Source: Felis catus
Taxonomy: Eukaryota
DNA: 64,000 nucleotides
Direction of reading: 5' to 3'
Assembly (NCBI RefSeq): GCF_018350175.1
Contig: NC_058368.1
Coordinates: forward strand, 115,198,001-115,262,000
The notes beneath the pieces were generated by a model. That model saw only the letters and a program-made list of their open reading frames with translations, was not told the DNA's origin and ran no database searches. Positions 38,106 through 52,149 of this stretch are shown in pieces. Each line of letters starts with the position of its first letter. Positions within the stretch are counted from its first letter, which is position 1. A program made the translations under genes and the position numbers.

Positions 38106-39959
38106 TACTGTGAGAGAAAATTTTGAATAAAGGACAGGATAAACAAAAGCAGTAAGGGCTTCATTCCCTTATAGAATTGTCTTGTGCTCTGACAATCAAG
38201 TCTTTCCTTGGAACCCAGTTTCCCTGAGCCACAGGCCTGCCTACACACCTGCACTACACTCTAGGTGGCTACAGAGGCATTTCCACTCAAACCTCAGCAA
38301 TGCTGGCTGGCTCTGCATCAGTGCCCAGTGAAGAGGTGACTGAGAATGGCCACTTCAGAATCCAGCTTCCTGGTGTCTCAGGCCTGTCTTCAAACTCCAA
38401 TACCTCTAAGAGGGGAACAGGGAAGGCAGGAATAGCCAGGACAAATTCAAGAGACCTAGATTTTGTGGATCACTCTAGACAGGGTCAGCTGGCATCCAGG
38501 GAATAAGGGACCAGGGCCTCCTTCTTCCCTCTCCTTTAAAATAATGAATGGATCTCCTGATAGTAGGCACAACGGGCTTTCTCTCGATAGCCTGCTTCCA
38601 AAGAATACCAAGGACTTTCACACATTCATCCACACACAACCTGGGGCTGGGGCAGAATTCAGAGTTCATCTTTTCCTGCTGTCTCCAAGGTTCCAGAGGA
38701 GGTCAGAGCCTCTTAGTGAAACTATGATAGGAAGGAAGATATGACTTCCAGTCCATAGCTCCAAATGGACTATGTGCAAATCACTAAGAACACCAACCCT
38801 TATTCTGTGCTAGGCACTCTGGCACTTTGGATTACAAGCATCCAGCATTCACACTCTAGAAACAGATACCACACAAAGATATTTTACCATCAGCCTCAGT
38901 CCCCTGAGCACCATACTTGAGAACAGAACATACAAAAGATACCACTGCTGCCCTCAAGGGAGCTAACGTCCCGTTCACAATTAGTGGATAACATGGCTTT
39001 CCACAACAGAATTTGAGACAGCACAATTATCAAAAAGAAAGCCAACTTAAGAAATATACCATGAGAAAATAAATACCGCTCTAGGCAACTTGAGACACAA
39101 ATTACAACTTTTAACGGATGAAATGAGCAACAATTAGGTTCCTCCTTAAACTAAATCAGGAGCCCCAAGAAAATAGCATTAACTTACAGAAACAATGAGC
39201 GCACCATAAGGACAGGTCACCAAACACAGAACTCGTTACTATCACATTGGCACTGACTATGTCTTCCAGGTAAATCAGCAACTGAAACATCATATTTTAT
39301 TTTTAACACGCCTGAGAGTCCAAGACTATTTATAATCCCAGATTCTTAAAAACTTGAAAGGAGGATGAATTTTTAAATGTACACATTTACATATGTGGGC
39401 AGAAACACAAAAATCTGATGCCTCTCAACACAGCTCAGGGAGCCATAACTCACGGCTTTCACAATCCCACCTAACACCCAAAGAAAATCCGGGCGCCTTC
39501 TCCAAGAGATGGTGGGAGGCTGGGTAGGTAGCCAAGAAACAAAGAAACCTAAACTCAGCACTTGGCAGGACCATTAAGGAGCAGAGGATTTTAAATGCAT
39601 TGTTTCTGACTCTAAATATGTCTACATTTATTACCAATTTGGGATCAGAAACCACATTTAGTTCTGCCGTGACCACGCACTAAAAATATTAAGCAGAGTA
39701 TTGCCTAGGAAACAGCAGTCTTCCCTGCTGCAGCAGTCCCATTTCAGCGTCAACTCTGCCATGGTCCCAGGGCTCCCCATCCTGGGCTTCACTGAGAGCC
39801 CAGTTAACAAGCAGAACTGCCACTGTCCTGCCAAGGCCTTGCTTGCTTTTTAGAACGCAGCGATAGGAGCCAGGGCTAGGGACTACACAACCTTGTCATC
39901 CTCTCCAAGGCTGTAACATGGTCAATGGAATTCCATTTCACAGGCCTGTAACAACTAGA

Positions 39960-40085
39960 ACCCACCAGACTGGGAGCTCCATAAGGGTAGGGACAATTGT
40001 CCACTTAACCCACTGCTGTATCCTCACCACCCAGCATTGTGCCTGGCACTCAAAAACATCTGCTGATTGAACAAATCAACAATCT
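39960..40085 (+). mobile_element. L2 3' end
   Basis: ccagactgggagctccataagggtagggac...ctgctgtatcctcaccacccagcattgtgcctggcac. Confidence 0.75.
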
Positions 40086-42747
40086 CAAAAGGGGTCATCT
40101 GGACTAGCACAATGGAAAACAGTGTTGTCATTAAAACAGGTGAAAAAAATGTTTAAATAGGTGAACTATGGATAGTGATGCTAACATGAACACAGATACA
40201 TATTTTTGAGCAGAAGCAGAACATAATAGCACACACATAGGAATTACTACTCTGAAAAAAAAGTGTGACCATCTCTATGATCAGCTATGAAGTTAGAATT
40301 ATGGGAAATTATGTTCAATGGAGTCTTTCTTCCTGAAATGTTAGCTATATGAGAAAACATTTAAAAGAAGTATTATTCTCAACATAATATTCTCCCTTGT
40401 CTGCTGACTTGATATGGTCCTTGAGATGGCTCAGAAGCCTTGTTCCTGTTTGGCAAGCCCAAGAACAGATGAACCATCCATCAGCCCAAAGAGAGAGTAC
40501 AAGGGCAAAGCTGCAATCCTAGAGTCCAACTTAACAAGTAGACCTTGTTTACCAGGTCACCTGCCAGTGTGCATCATCAGTATGAATGGTTCCCTAGACA
40601 GGTGGCCAAGATGGAGGTGCTGAGACAAAAGAGTATGGAAAAGATGACCTGGCCCAGCTTCAAGACCAGAGTTCCAAATAGGTACCATCATGCCACACAG
40701 CCCAGGGCCTCCTGGCCAGCCAAGTGACTGTTAAGAAACGTAGCAGTATACCAATCCTTCCAAATGTTTCAAAAAATAGAAGAAACGGGAGCACTGCCTA
40801 ACTCATTCTTTGACTCCAAAATTATCCGAACACCAAAGCAAGACAAGGACACTATAAGAAAACTACAGACGAATATCCCATATAAATATATCTGCAAAAA
40901 TCTTCAAAAGAACACTAGCAAACCAAATTCAGCAGCATATTAAAAGGACTGTGTAACATGATCAAGTGTTATTTATCCCAGAGGTGCAAGGGTGGTACAA
41001 CACATGAAAATTAATCCAGTTAACAGATATTGATAAAATAAAGCGGAAAAAAATCATCTCAATTGATACCCAAAAAGCATTTGACAAAATCCAACATCCT
41101 TCCATTCTAAAAACACTTAATAAACTAAGAACAGAACTTTAACATAATAAAGGGCATATATGAGGAGAGTCATATAAGAAGAACCCACAGCTAACATCAA
41201 TGGTGAAAGGTTACAAGTTTTTCCCCCAAGATCAGGAACAATACAAGGATGCCTGCTTGTATCATTTATATTCAACATTAATACTAGAATATCTAGCCAG
41301 AGCTATAGGCAAGAAAAAGGAATAAAAGATACCATACTGGAAAGGAAGAAACAAAACCATCTCTATATACGAATGACATGAACTTAGATGTCGAAAACCC
41401 TGGAGAATCTACAAAACAAACAAACAAACAAACAAACTGTTAAAGCTAATAAAATCAGCAAAGCTGCAGGTACAACATCAATCCTCAAAGATCAGTTGTG
41501 TTTCTTATACTAGCAACAAACAACCCAAAAGGGAAATTAAGAAAATAATTCCATTTAAAATAGAATTAAAAAAAAAAAAGTATCCAGGAATAAATTTAAC
41601 TAAGGAGGAAGGTCTTTAGCCAAAGGAAAAAATTTGTACACTGAAAATTACAAAACATTGCTAAAAGAAATCAAAGACAACCTAAATAAATGGAAAAACT
41701 TTCTGGGTGGATTGGAACACTTAATACTGTCAAGATGACAGTACTATCCAAAGCAGTCTATAGATTCAATGCAATCTCTGTCAAAATCTCAACAGTGTTT
41801 TTCAAGGAGATGGAAAAACTCACTCTAAGATTCATAGGCAATCTTTAAAAAAAGGAACCAAGTTGGAGGATTCACACATCCTGATTTCAAAACTTTACCA
41901 CAAAGCTAATATAATCAAAACAGTATGGTATCGACAAAAGGTAAGCACATACTCTCCCATCTACAGTCAAGTGATTTTTAACAAGGGTGCCATTGACTAA
42001 AAATGGATGGAAGACCTAAATTTAACAGTGCAACTATAAAATTCTTACACGAAAACATAAGGGCAAAAATTTTATGATTGGGCCATAAATTCTTAAATAG
42101 GATACTAAAACCACAGGCAATAAAAGAAAAAATTGATAAATTAGAATCCATCACAATTTTGATTCCATCAAAATTTTGGGGCCTCAAATAACACTAGCAA
42201 GAGAATGAAAAGAAAACCCACCAAACAGGAAAAATCACATATTGATAAAGGTTTAATTTTCACAATATGTAAACAACTCAACAACATAAAGATAAGCACC
42301 CCAGTTTAAAAACCAGCAAAGGAGATTAACAAAAAAGGTATCTCCAAAGAAGATATGCAAATGATCAATAAGGTCATGAAATGATGCTCATTACCAGCTG
42401 TGGTTACTGAAATGCAAATCAAAGCTACAATGAACTACCATCTGACACCTATTAGGATGCCTACAATTTAAAAAAAAAATTTTTAAGGGAAAACAACTGC
42501 TGGCAAAGATTTGGAAATATGGTATACTGCCAGTGGGAATGTAAAATGGTACAGCTACTCTGGAAAACTCTGGTAGTTTTTCAAAAAGCTACACATTGAA
42601 TTATATGACCCAGCAATTCCACTCCTAGGTATACACCCAAATATCTGAAAACAGGGACTCAAAAAGATACTTGCATGTCAATGTTGCCAAAAGGTGGAAA
42701 CAACCTAAGTATCTATCAAGAGATGGATGGATTTTTTAATGGATATT

Positions 42748-42954
42748 TATTTTTAATGTGTATTTATTTTTGAGAGAGAAAGAAACAGAGTGTGAGCAGT
42801 GAAGGGGCAGAGAGAAAGGGAGACACAGAACCCAAAGCAGGCTCCAGGCTCCAAGTTGTCAGCAAAGCCCAACGCAGGGCTCGAACTCAGGAACCATAAG
42901 ATCATGACCTGAGCCAAAGTCAGATACTTAATCAACTGAGCCACCCAGGTGGCC
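42748..42954 (-). mobile_element. CAN-SINE in L1
   Basis: Reverse-complement SINEC consensus. Confidence 0.92.
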
Positions 42955-43331
42955 TTTAATAGAGGTTTCAAATGTGGCATATATATACATTGGATTATTC
43001 AGTTGTAAAATGGAATGAAGTTCTGATGCAGGTTATAATATGGATGAACCTTAAAAATATTATGCCAAGTGAAATAAGCCAGACACAAAAGGACAAAGAT
43101 TGTCTAATTCCACTTACATGAAGTATCTACAATAGGCAAATTCAGAGATGAGAGTAGATTAGAGGTCACCACGGCTGGGGGTACAGGGGAGGTAATGGGA
43201 AGGTATTTCTTAATGGGTTCAGAGCTTCTGTCTGGGGTGATAAAAAAGTTTTAGTATATAGTGGTGATGACTGTACAATACTCTGAATGTAATTAATGCC
43301 GCTGAATAATACACTTAAAAATGATTAAAAT

Positions 43332-43455
43332 GGGGTGCCTTGGTGGCTCAGTCAGTTGAGCGTCTGACTCTGGATTTCAGCTCAGGTCATGATTCTCTCT
43401 TGTTTGCCCTCTGCCCCTCTCCCCCATTTGCACTCTCTCTCTCTAAAATAAAAAT
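43332..43455 (+). mobile_element. Internally deleted CAN-SINE in L1 3' UTR
   Basis: Head, (CT)n and tail present. TSD aaatg(a/g)ttaaaat. Confidence 0.85.
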
Positions 43456-43594
43456 AAATGGTTAAAATGGCAAATTTCACGCTATACCTATTTTACCACA
43501 TTAAAAAAGAATTTAAGATTGTCCACAAGTTGGCAACCGCTGAAACTGGACAATGGGCACATGAGTACATTCATTACACTGTTGTCTCTTCTAA

Positions 43595-43900
43595 AAATTT
43601 AAGCAGCAAAAATGATGTTTTCTTTAGTTTTTCTGATAGGTATTCTTTTTGTCAAGGTAAAGAAGTCCCCTTTTATTTCTACACAGCTGTTTTTATCACA
43701 AATGGATGTTAAATTTTATGTGTGTTTTTTACATCTATAAGATGATCACAAAAAAAATTTTTTCCCCTTTAACCTAGTAATATAGCAAATTTTATGTGAA
43801 GATATTCTAATGTGAAACCACCCTTGCATTCCTGGGATAAGCCCAACTTAGATGATCAGTGTTCATATCCTGCTGGGTTTCATTTGCCATATTTTGTTGG
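43595..43900 (-). mobile_element. Ancient L1M ORF2 fragment
   Basis: gaaaccacccttgcattcctgggataagcccaactt is the reverse complement of the L1 RT region QVGFIPGMQG. Confidence 0.7.
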
Positions 43901-46379
43901 TCCTCCATGTACTCCCATAATTCTCCATGCTGCTGTCCTAATATCCACCAATCTATACTTTAAATATGAACTCCCTGAAGGCAAAACTCATTCCTCATCT
44001 ACTGCTCCATCCCTAGCTAGTGCAAGGTCAAGGCCACAGCAAGAACTCAATAAAAGGAGCGCTGATAAATAACTATGTAATGAAAGAGTAGGTGGAGGTA
44101 ATGTACAGGTGAGTACATCAACACCTTAATCCAGAATATTGACATCCACCCAGGTGCAAGTACAAAGCAGATTTTTCAAGCAGGGAATCCTTCCAAGGGC
44201 TCACCAGCCCTCCATAGAGCTATCTTTTTTGTGGGCAACTCAGTTTGTCTGTACCCTCTAAGCTGAACCCCAGCCCTAAATTCGTATCTCCCCACTTTCC
44301 CTCATTACCCAATCAACAGCATTCCAAAGCTGAGTCGCTGCTTTCACTAAAGCAGATGCAGCCCTCATATCAAAGCACACCCCAAAGGTTAGATCCTGTG
44401 CTGGGATTGATTGGGAATGTGGCTTTAGATTCAAACTTAAAAATGTTCCTCCCAATCTCTGAGTTTATTCCCATCAAAATGGCCTCATCCCAACCCTGAT
44501 TGGAACAGCAAGAGCCCATCCCATTAACAATTCACTGCATCAGCAGCACAGAGGAGGAGAGCAATCAGCAAGGAAAACAGCTGAATTATTTCAGCAGCTG
44601 TAAATGATGTGTTCTCTCTTCCTCTCCTCCTCCAAGTCCGTGCTCAACTGTGCCCCACGCCTCCACACTGAACTTGGGTTTGTCAAGTATCTACATCAAC
44701 TACAGTAACCAAACTTGAGTTCAAGAAGCAATATTAAAAAGCACTAATTAACTGATAGTTAAATAACTGTGTTTAATGTCAACAAAATCACACTTTAAAT
44801 ATCCCCCAGTCTATTAGTTACTTAATGAAATTGCTTAAAATCTTTGGACACTGGCACAGAGCACACTGTCTGGGGGAACAGTTCCCACGCCCTGGCCTTG
44901 GCAGTCTGTAAAAGAGGAGGAGCCCTTACCCTGAGGAAGTACCCAGAGAGCCCAGTTTCCTTCTAGAATCTCCTAATGAGGTGGATTCTTTTCATAGCTC
45001 CGCTGGTCTCCATAAGGGATCAAGAACATAACAAACACATTCTGAGCATGGAAAACTGCCAAACCAGGCCACAATTTATTTTTTAGTGTATTTAAAAATA
45101 TAGGTCTATACACATACATAAACCCGAGAGAGACACTTCTCCCATCTGGTATCTGCTCTTCTTAAGAGTGGTGTATCACAAGACATTCAAGCATGTGTAC
45201 AAAGGGGATACAACAGGATTTGTGACAGCAGGTAGGGTCAGGGGGCTCTGCAAGATGCCACCAACCAAATCCCAGCCTGCCAGGAGTCATCAGCCTGCAA
45301 CTGACAGGGGTACACTCAGCCAACAGCAGCATCCTAGTCTAGAGCCTACAAAGGGACTCTAGGTTCCAGTGAATGAGCTTGTGATGGGGAGGCCAACGGG
45401 ACCCCAGGAAGTCTCTCCTGCCACAGTAGGCTCCATGGGGACAACTTGCCAGCTACCCTTATCATAGTACCAGACTTCTTGAAAGGGGGTGACATGCTAG
45501 CCACCTGCCCAGGTAAACACATCCTAAAAACAATCGGTCTCACAATAGGCCTCTAGGCAGAGCACATATGGTCAAGGATCAGTAAGCATTTGAAGCTCAC
45601 ATTTTGGGCAGCAGATGGTCTGAACCCAATTCCACTGATAGGAAGAGATCATTTTAAGAGTATCAAAGGCATACAAAATGCCAAATAGCCTTCTCTTGCC
45701 CCTTACAGCAGAGGCCCTAATTCTTCCTAGTTTCCTTACAAAACTACCACCTCACACTTCCTGGTTGGCCTTAAGTTTTTTGTCTCTGTCACTCAGTACC
45801 TTCCCTACATCTTCCATTTAGCTTGATGGGTCTGCCTTGCCACAGAGTAGGAGGCAATTCTTTCCAATGATTCCATCCTGTCTCTCACTGGCCAGAAATT
45901 CCTCTTGTGGCAGCTCTCCTTAAAACAGCCACTGCAGCCCCTGGTAGTGCCAAGAGACAACACTGTGGAAGAAGCTTGGTTAATATTACCAACTCTTACC
46001 CTGAAAGGCAATCACTCCCATAACAACTAGGTACAAGCTCCGGGTTCAGAGAAGCCAGATGTTTGGGTTATAGCTCAAAAAAATGTGAAGAGCATCCAGA
46101 AAAACAGAAAAGCACGAAGCCCACGCAGCCCAGACATGCTGCTCACTTACTACCTGCAGTTTCACACCCACGCCAAAGCCATTTCGACCTCAGATGAGCA
46201 GTTAACAGCCACACCAATCCAGAAAAATATTTTTACAAAGACCTTCTTCACTCTTCCATATAGGAAAGCTACGAAAAGAGCAAAATTTTGTGCACTATGA
46301 AAAGATGAAGGAGCCCTTACTGCCTACTAGGAAACATATATGCAGTTGCCACCACCCCAACACATCCAACTGGCAGATT

Positions 46380-46750
46380 ACTCACCCTTCAACACATGTG
46401 TATTGAGATCTACTGCAACACAAACGTGATCCAAGTGCTAGAGATACAAAGACTAAGTAAAATAGGGGTCCTGTCCTCCAGGAGCTTTGAGATGGGCAAT
46501 GGACATGGAGGAGTCCATCAGTCATTATAATAAGCACTGCATTCAAAGACTCCGACAGACATGGTTGGAGGAGTCTGAAGCAGGGGAGAACAGATACCAT
46601 CATCAAGAGATAAGGGTCAGAGAAGACTTCCTGGAAGAGGTGAGCTTTAAAGATTAAAAGAGTAAAAGGAATCATCCAAACACAGGTGATGAAAAAGGCA
46701 TCCCAAGCAGAGGCAGGAGTGCTTTTTGAAGACCTGGAGGCATGGTAAGT
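46380..46750 (-). mobile_element. L2 relic
   Basis: ttcaacacatgtgtattgag...ggtcagagaagacttcctggaagaggtga. Confidence 0.75.
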
Positions 46751-49204
46751 GGCATCAAGACTCCAGGAACTCTCTTTGCCAGACAGGTCAGATGAGTTTC
46801 AAAGACACAGCTCACCGCAGTGTCTTAGCAAACCCCTGGAATCTGAAGAACTGCCCACAGTGAAAGGGAGATTAGAAAGGAGAAAAGGAGGCCTGCTACA
46901 TGCCTGCTAAAATAAGATAAGAGGGTCGCCATTGTTTATGAACTCTGCTTATGAACTCATTCCTTTGCCTTGCAGTTCAGTGGTTTGTTAGCTCTTGCAA
47001 ATTCTCAGCATCTATTAATAGAAAGAGCCAGTCAACAGAATCTGGATTTGGGCTGTATTACTCCCCACAGTGGCCTAAAACCCCAGTAGATAACTTGAAC
47101 AGGAAAGTGGCTTGAGAATCTAGGCACAGTGTTTGTGCTACCTCTCTCTGAAGGCTATGCCTGCTTTACTCTTCTCTCCAATGTTTTATACTCCAAGTTC
47201 ACAGCTAAGCTCAAGCTCTTCCCCCAACACTCCCTCCCTCTCCTTCTCCCTATGTCCACTGCGCTTCCATCACCAACCACTGTCAACTTTATCTACTATT
47301 TCCCTTCTTGCTCACCTGCCCAAATTGCCATAGCCACCCCCACCTCTCAGGTGAGGGCAAGCCAAGCAGGCTTTCAAAGAAGCCAGAATGAACCTGAGTA
47401 GCACCATGAGGAAGCAGAAGGCACACAGCTTTACTGAATCTCTTATTCGCTCAGCCCTGGGTTTCTGGAGCACCCAAAATCCAGTCTCCTGAGTTCCTCT
47501 GAAAGGCTCTCAATAAAAGCCACTTTCTTCCTCGGATGAAGAGTCCCACTCAGGGAGCCTAGTCAATCACAGTAACAAGCTGGAACTTGGGCTGCAGAGA
47601 GGGTTTGGTGCCTCGCCTAAGTCCTCGGGAGATACCAACACCTCAGGAGCCCAGAGCCCAAAGTCAGACACATAATTATGGGAATCAAATCCCAGGGGAG
47701 GCAAGCTTGGCTCCCCACAACTCCACCCCTCAAGGCACATGGGAGACTTCCTATGGGAACTGAGCCAGTGAACTGAAGAGTCTTAATTCCTACTCCCTCT
47801 GCCACCCTCCCTCAGCAGAAGAGAAGCCATTTCCTTCTGCCAAAGCAAGCAAGTGGAAGTCAGTAATTTTCTGGAGGATGATGTGGGTGCCCATAGTAGC
47901 CCAGAAATCAATTTCCCAAAATCAAGGACAAAACATGTATTAAATAAAAAGAGCTCTATCTGGCCATGCCTCTGGAGCCTCAACTCAATGGTAACTTCCC
48001 TTCACTGCATTCCCTACCAATGGCCCTCACATCAGTCAGGAAGGAAAAATGTATGTTGAATGAATGAACAAATGGATGACAAAATGAACAAATAGCAGGC
48101 TAAGGAGCTATAGGAAAGGGGCAGCATGAAAGAAGGACCTGCTCAAAACCAACCGTTCATTCTGTCTCCGAGCACCCATCATATACTCTGTAACCTGCGC
48201 AAGATGCTAGGAACACACAGGCATGCATAACCTATGAAAGACAAAGGAGGCAGGGAGAAAAGCACTTTCCTTCATCTCCCTGGGACGGCTTATTTCTGAA
48301 TACTATTTTAACAGTATCTCCTGTTTTCCTGACATTAAAGCCATGCCTAATGGCACATACGCAAATAAAAACTTCACTTTTTATTGTATCCAGTACTTTG
48401 GGGCCTTGTGGTTTCTTTTCCGAGGAAAAACCGTCATTCATCTCCTTGATTAAAAATTGATTTAATTTGGCTTTCATCAGGTAGGTACAAGGGGAAAACA
48501 CACAGATTCACAGAGATAATTCGCCCAGCAACAGGGCTGTGATGAGCTCTGGCGACTGCACAGTTGGGTCCCAACCCACCTCCGATGAAAGACAATTAAA
48601 AAGCTCACAACGTGGAGCTTAAGCTCCAGCCAAAAGGAATTATCTTCCCACAAGCATCTCAACCAGATTTTTGGTTAATATAAAAACTTTCAAAAGGAAA
48701 GGAAAGGAAACCCCAAGGATATTTCACATACGACTTAAAATTTCTACATTTTTCAAATTCCCTTGCAGGGAAAAAAGGCAAAGAGGTCTTTATTTCTCAC
48801 TCCTACTTTTCAAAACTTATCCCATTACTTGACATTGTCATAAAAATTTTCAATTTGTTGAGAGCTCAGAGCAGAGGTATATGCAGTGGCTGAGGCACTG
48901 CAAGCTGCTGTGAGGGGCTGAGGTGAGAGCAGCAACAGCTGCAGAAGAGGTGGGAGCTGCAGTCCTCCACAGCACACGCTCAGCAACATAGCCGTGGGCT
49001 CGGAGCCTGAGATCAAACGCCAGGGACTCAGGCAAGCAGCAGGCTAAACGAACTCTCCATACTTCAGGTTCCTGAACTCAGTGATTTAAAGCAAATGGGC
49101 AGACTTTGCTGCAGTGTCAAAGAATCATGGGGTGAAAGGTCAGCAAATCATAAGTATACCCTGATTAAACGTTAGAGGGACTATTCCATAGCTAGAGCAT
49201 GAAC

Positions 49205-49700
49205 GTCATCTTACCCTCATCTGCTTGAAACCATTCAACAGCTTTCCAGGGTCCTCAGGATAAAGGCCAAATTCCGTACGCAGGCTGTCCACCACTGAGC
49301 CAGGATCAACACCTCCAGCTTTATCTCTTTGCTCTCCTTGTCTACAGTTCGCTCTATGGAACTTTTTTTCCAGCGCTCTAAGACATCTTGAATCCCACCT
49401 CCAGGCCTTTGCACATGCCACTCCCTCTGCTGGAAACTGTGTTTCCCCTGCTCTTTATTTGGCAAATTCCTACCATTATAAAAGGTTTCCTCCTCACCCT
49501 CAAAGATACTTCCTCTAGGAGGCTGTGATTAACCCTCTCCACTGGACCAGACTGCGTGCTGTGACAGCACCCACACTCCCCTGATCACAGCACTTACTAC
49601 ATTTTATAATATACTTATCCTAAGCATCATAACGGCAGGGACCGTGTCCATTCTGCCCAGTTAGCTTGATGCTTGACACAGAAGAAATGTTTAGTAAATT
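49205..49700 (+). mobile_element. L2 relic
   Basis: ctcaggataaaggccaaattcc...cctccaggcctttgcacatgcc. Confidence 0.75.
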
Positions 49701-51504
49701 CTTAAAGGGTGATTTAGATTCTGTGTCAGGCTCACTTCTCAGTTGTGTCCTGATTCACCTCCCCTCCTCCCCCATGCCAGTTATGTGTTCATCTCCCCTA
49801 TGCCCCAACCACAACCTCTCACATTTCAGTCCTTAATGGATGGCTCACCCAGGCCTTAACCTCACACATGCTCATCAATCATCTGGGCAGCACATGCTAT
49901 GTGATGGACACAGTGTCAAGTAACCAAGATAGAGAGATGACCAAGTCACCTCTCCTACCTTCTAGGAAAAGAAAAGGCATATAAATAAATAATCGCCACA
50001 TGGTAAGATAAGTATTATAATGCAGAGAAACATGGGGTGGAAGCAGTGCAGAAAATATTTCATGCATTCTTCCCAGTGTTCCCTCCCCTCCCCACTCTGT
50101 ATCCCAGACAAACTGCTCTCTACCTCTCCTCATTCTAAAGAAATCTCTCCAGCACTCTTTACCTGAACACCTAGCCCAGATCAATCTTCTCAAAGCTGGG
50201 CTCCCAATCAGCTCCAGATTAATTCAAATCCTTTCTGGCTTCTGCTTTCTCACCTTCTTGAGTTCTGTTCCCAGGCAGCTCACTCACATATATCCCTGCC
50301 TCTGCCCTATCCTGAACCAACTTGTTGAAACTACTATTTTTCCATCTCTTCCCTCAACGGTCTTGAGTGATCACTTCACATTTATGAAACATCTGCACTT
50401 AACACAAACATACTTCACAGTCCCTGTCTATAATGAAAAGAAGAGGGGACTCACAAGGCCAAATCACCAGAAAAAAAACTGAACGCAAAATAAACCTTCC
50501 TTAACACAGCCTTTCTCTTCTAATGCTTCCTCTTGCAGATCCAAGTGCTAGACCATCATGGCCCTCAAGAGGATGCATCTGATTGTGTTACATTTCCAGG
50601 GAGGTCACAGCACCCTTCATCAACAAGCCCCCAGGCACTGACCCCCTGGCCCGCCCCTTCAGCCTCTTTGCATGTTACAGTCACTCTATCTAGCTGCACA
50701 TTTACTTAACATGTAGTAAGCATCCCTGTGAGCCAAGAATCACATTCCTCATAGTGCTAAGCACAATGTCCCATACATAACACATGCTCAGTTAATGTCT
50801 GTAAGTGAATTTCTAATAAGAAAACCAGGCGAGCCTCCCATGCCCCTTGCCCAGAAATACTCCAGTGCAAAAAATATTCTGCTATGCAGCCTGAAGTCAA
50901 AGACCTCCGCCCTCCCCCAGCAAAAAAATCTTCTTATTCATGTGAGCCCAGACCATGGAGACCTTCGCCCCAGCTAAGAAGATGCTGACACAGCCCTCCT
51001 ATCAGTGTGCAAAGAGAGCCAGAGAAACCAGTGCTGTAAAACACCCTTTTAATCAAGTGACTTGTCTCCAGTTAGTGTAGATTTAGGGAAAAATTTTCTC
51101 AAGAAACCAGTAATAAATGGAAGGGAAGAAAAGAAGAGAAATTAATGAACATAGTAATTATCCCCTGAAGTTGCAAATCAGAACAATTCCTCACTTGAAG
51201 ACAAGTATGAAAAACAAGATTAAAGTGCTTCAGGGATGTGTTTGTGAAACAGCAGGTAATAGAACAGATAAAATATATTTACAGTACCTCGCTGGGGACA
51301 TGTACCTTTTGGCTAATAGGTATCAGATACTAAATACCACTGTAAAAATAATATTCTTCCATGCTTCATTATGGAGTTACAATTATCCATGGGAAAGCAG
51401 CAACACAACAAACTATACTGAATGGTACCTGGAATAATTCCAGAGTCCAAGCTTCTCCCAAAATGTCTGGCACAAGTGGGTTTAAGAGCCGGGCTATACT
51501 CCCC

Positions 51505-51896
51505 TCTCTAAGTCTGCCAGGCCTACCATAACAAAACACCATAGACTGGGTAGCTTAAACAACAGAAATTTATCTTCTCACAGTTCTAGAGGCTAGAAAT
51601 CCAAGGTCAAGGTACTGGCCGACCTGGTTTCTATTCAGAGTTCCCTTCCTGGCTTATACACAGCCACCTTCTCCCTAAGTCCTCACATGGCCTTTCTTTT
51701 TTCCTCTCTACCCATGTACTGAGGAGAGAGAACTCCCTGTGTTTCTTTTTCTAGGGACATTAATTCTATCAAATCAGGGCCCCACTGTTATGACCTCATT
51801 TAATGTTAATTACTTCCTTACTCCAAATAGTGCCACGCTACAAGTTACAACTCAACATAGGAATTTTGAGTGTACACAAACATTCATTCCATAACA
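51505..51896 (-). mobile_element. MLT1A-like solo LTR (ERVL-MaLR)
   Basis: ccataacaaaacaccatagactgggtagcttaaacaacagaaatttat...cacaaacattcattccataaca. Confidence 0.88.
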
Positions 51897-52149
51897 CCTC
51901 CTGAAACATGAGGCCTGTTGCCACACACATGCACTGAAAAAGGAAAATGGAGGAGTAGCTAAGAGTGGCTTTGAGGAGTAACAGAGGACTGGGTAAGAAA
52001 CTGGCCATGGGAACACACCTGCTGACTATGGGGGGTGATTGCCAAAGATTGGTGGGTGGCGGAGGCAAGGGGAATGGTCCCAAGTCAAATAAACTCTTTC
52101 ACAGAAGATAGCTAAAAAACAACAGTAACATATAATAGTAATTTATAAC

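Larger units (their letters stand above)
40748..43515 (+). mobile_element. Old 5'-truncated L1 (L1MB-like), ~2.8 kb, degraded, antisense to SIL1, with two SINE insertions
   Basis: ORF2 RT-region remnants (aaaagcatttgacaaaatccaacatcc; gaatgacatg in the DD motif) through the 3' UTR (gtgaaataagccagacacaaaaggacaaa...tacacttaaaaatg). Confidence 0.9.
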
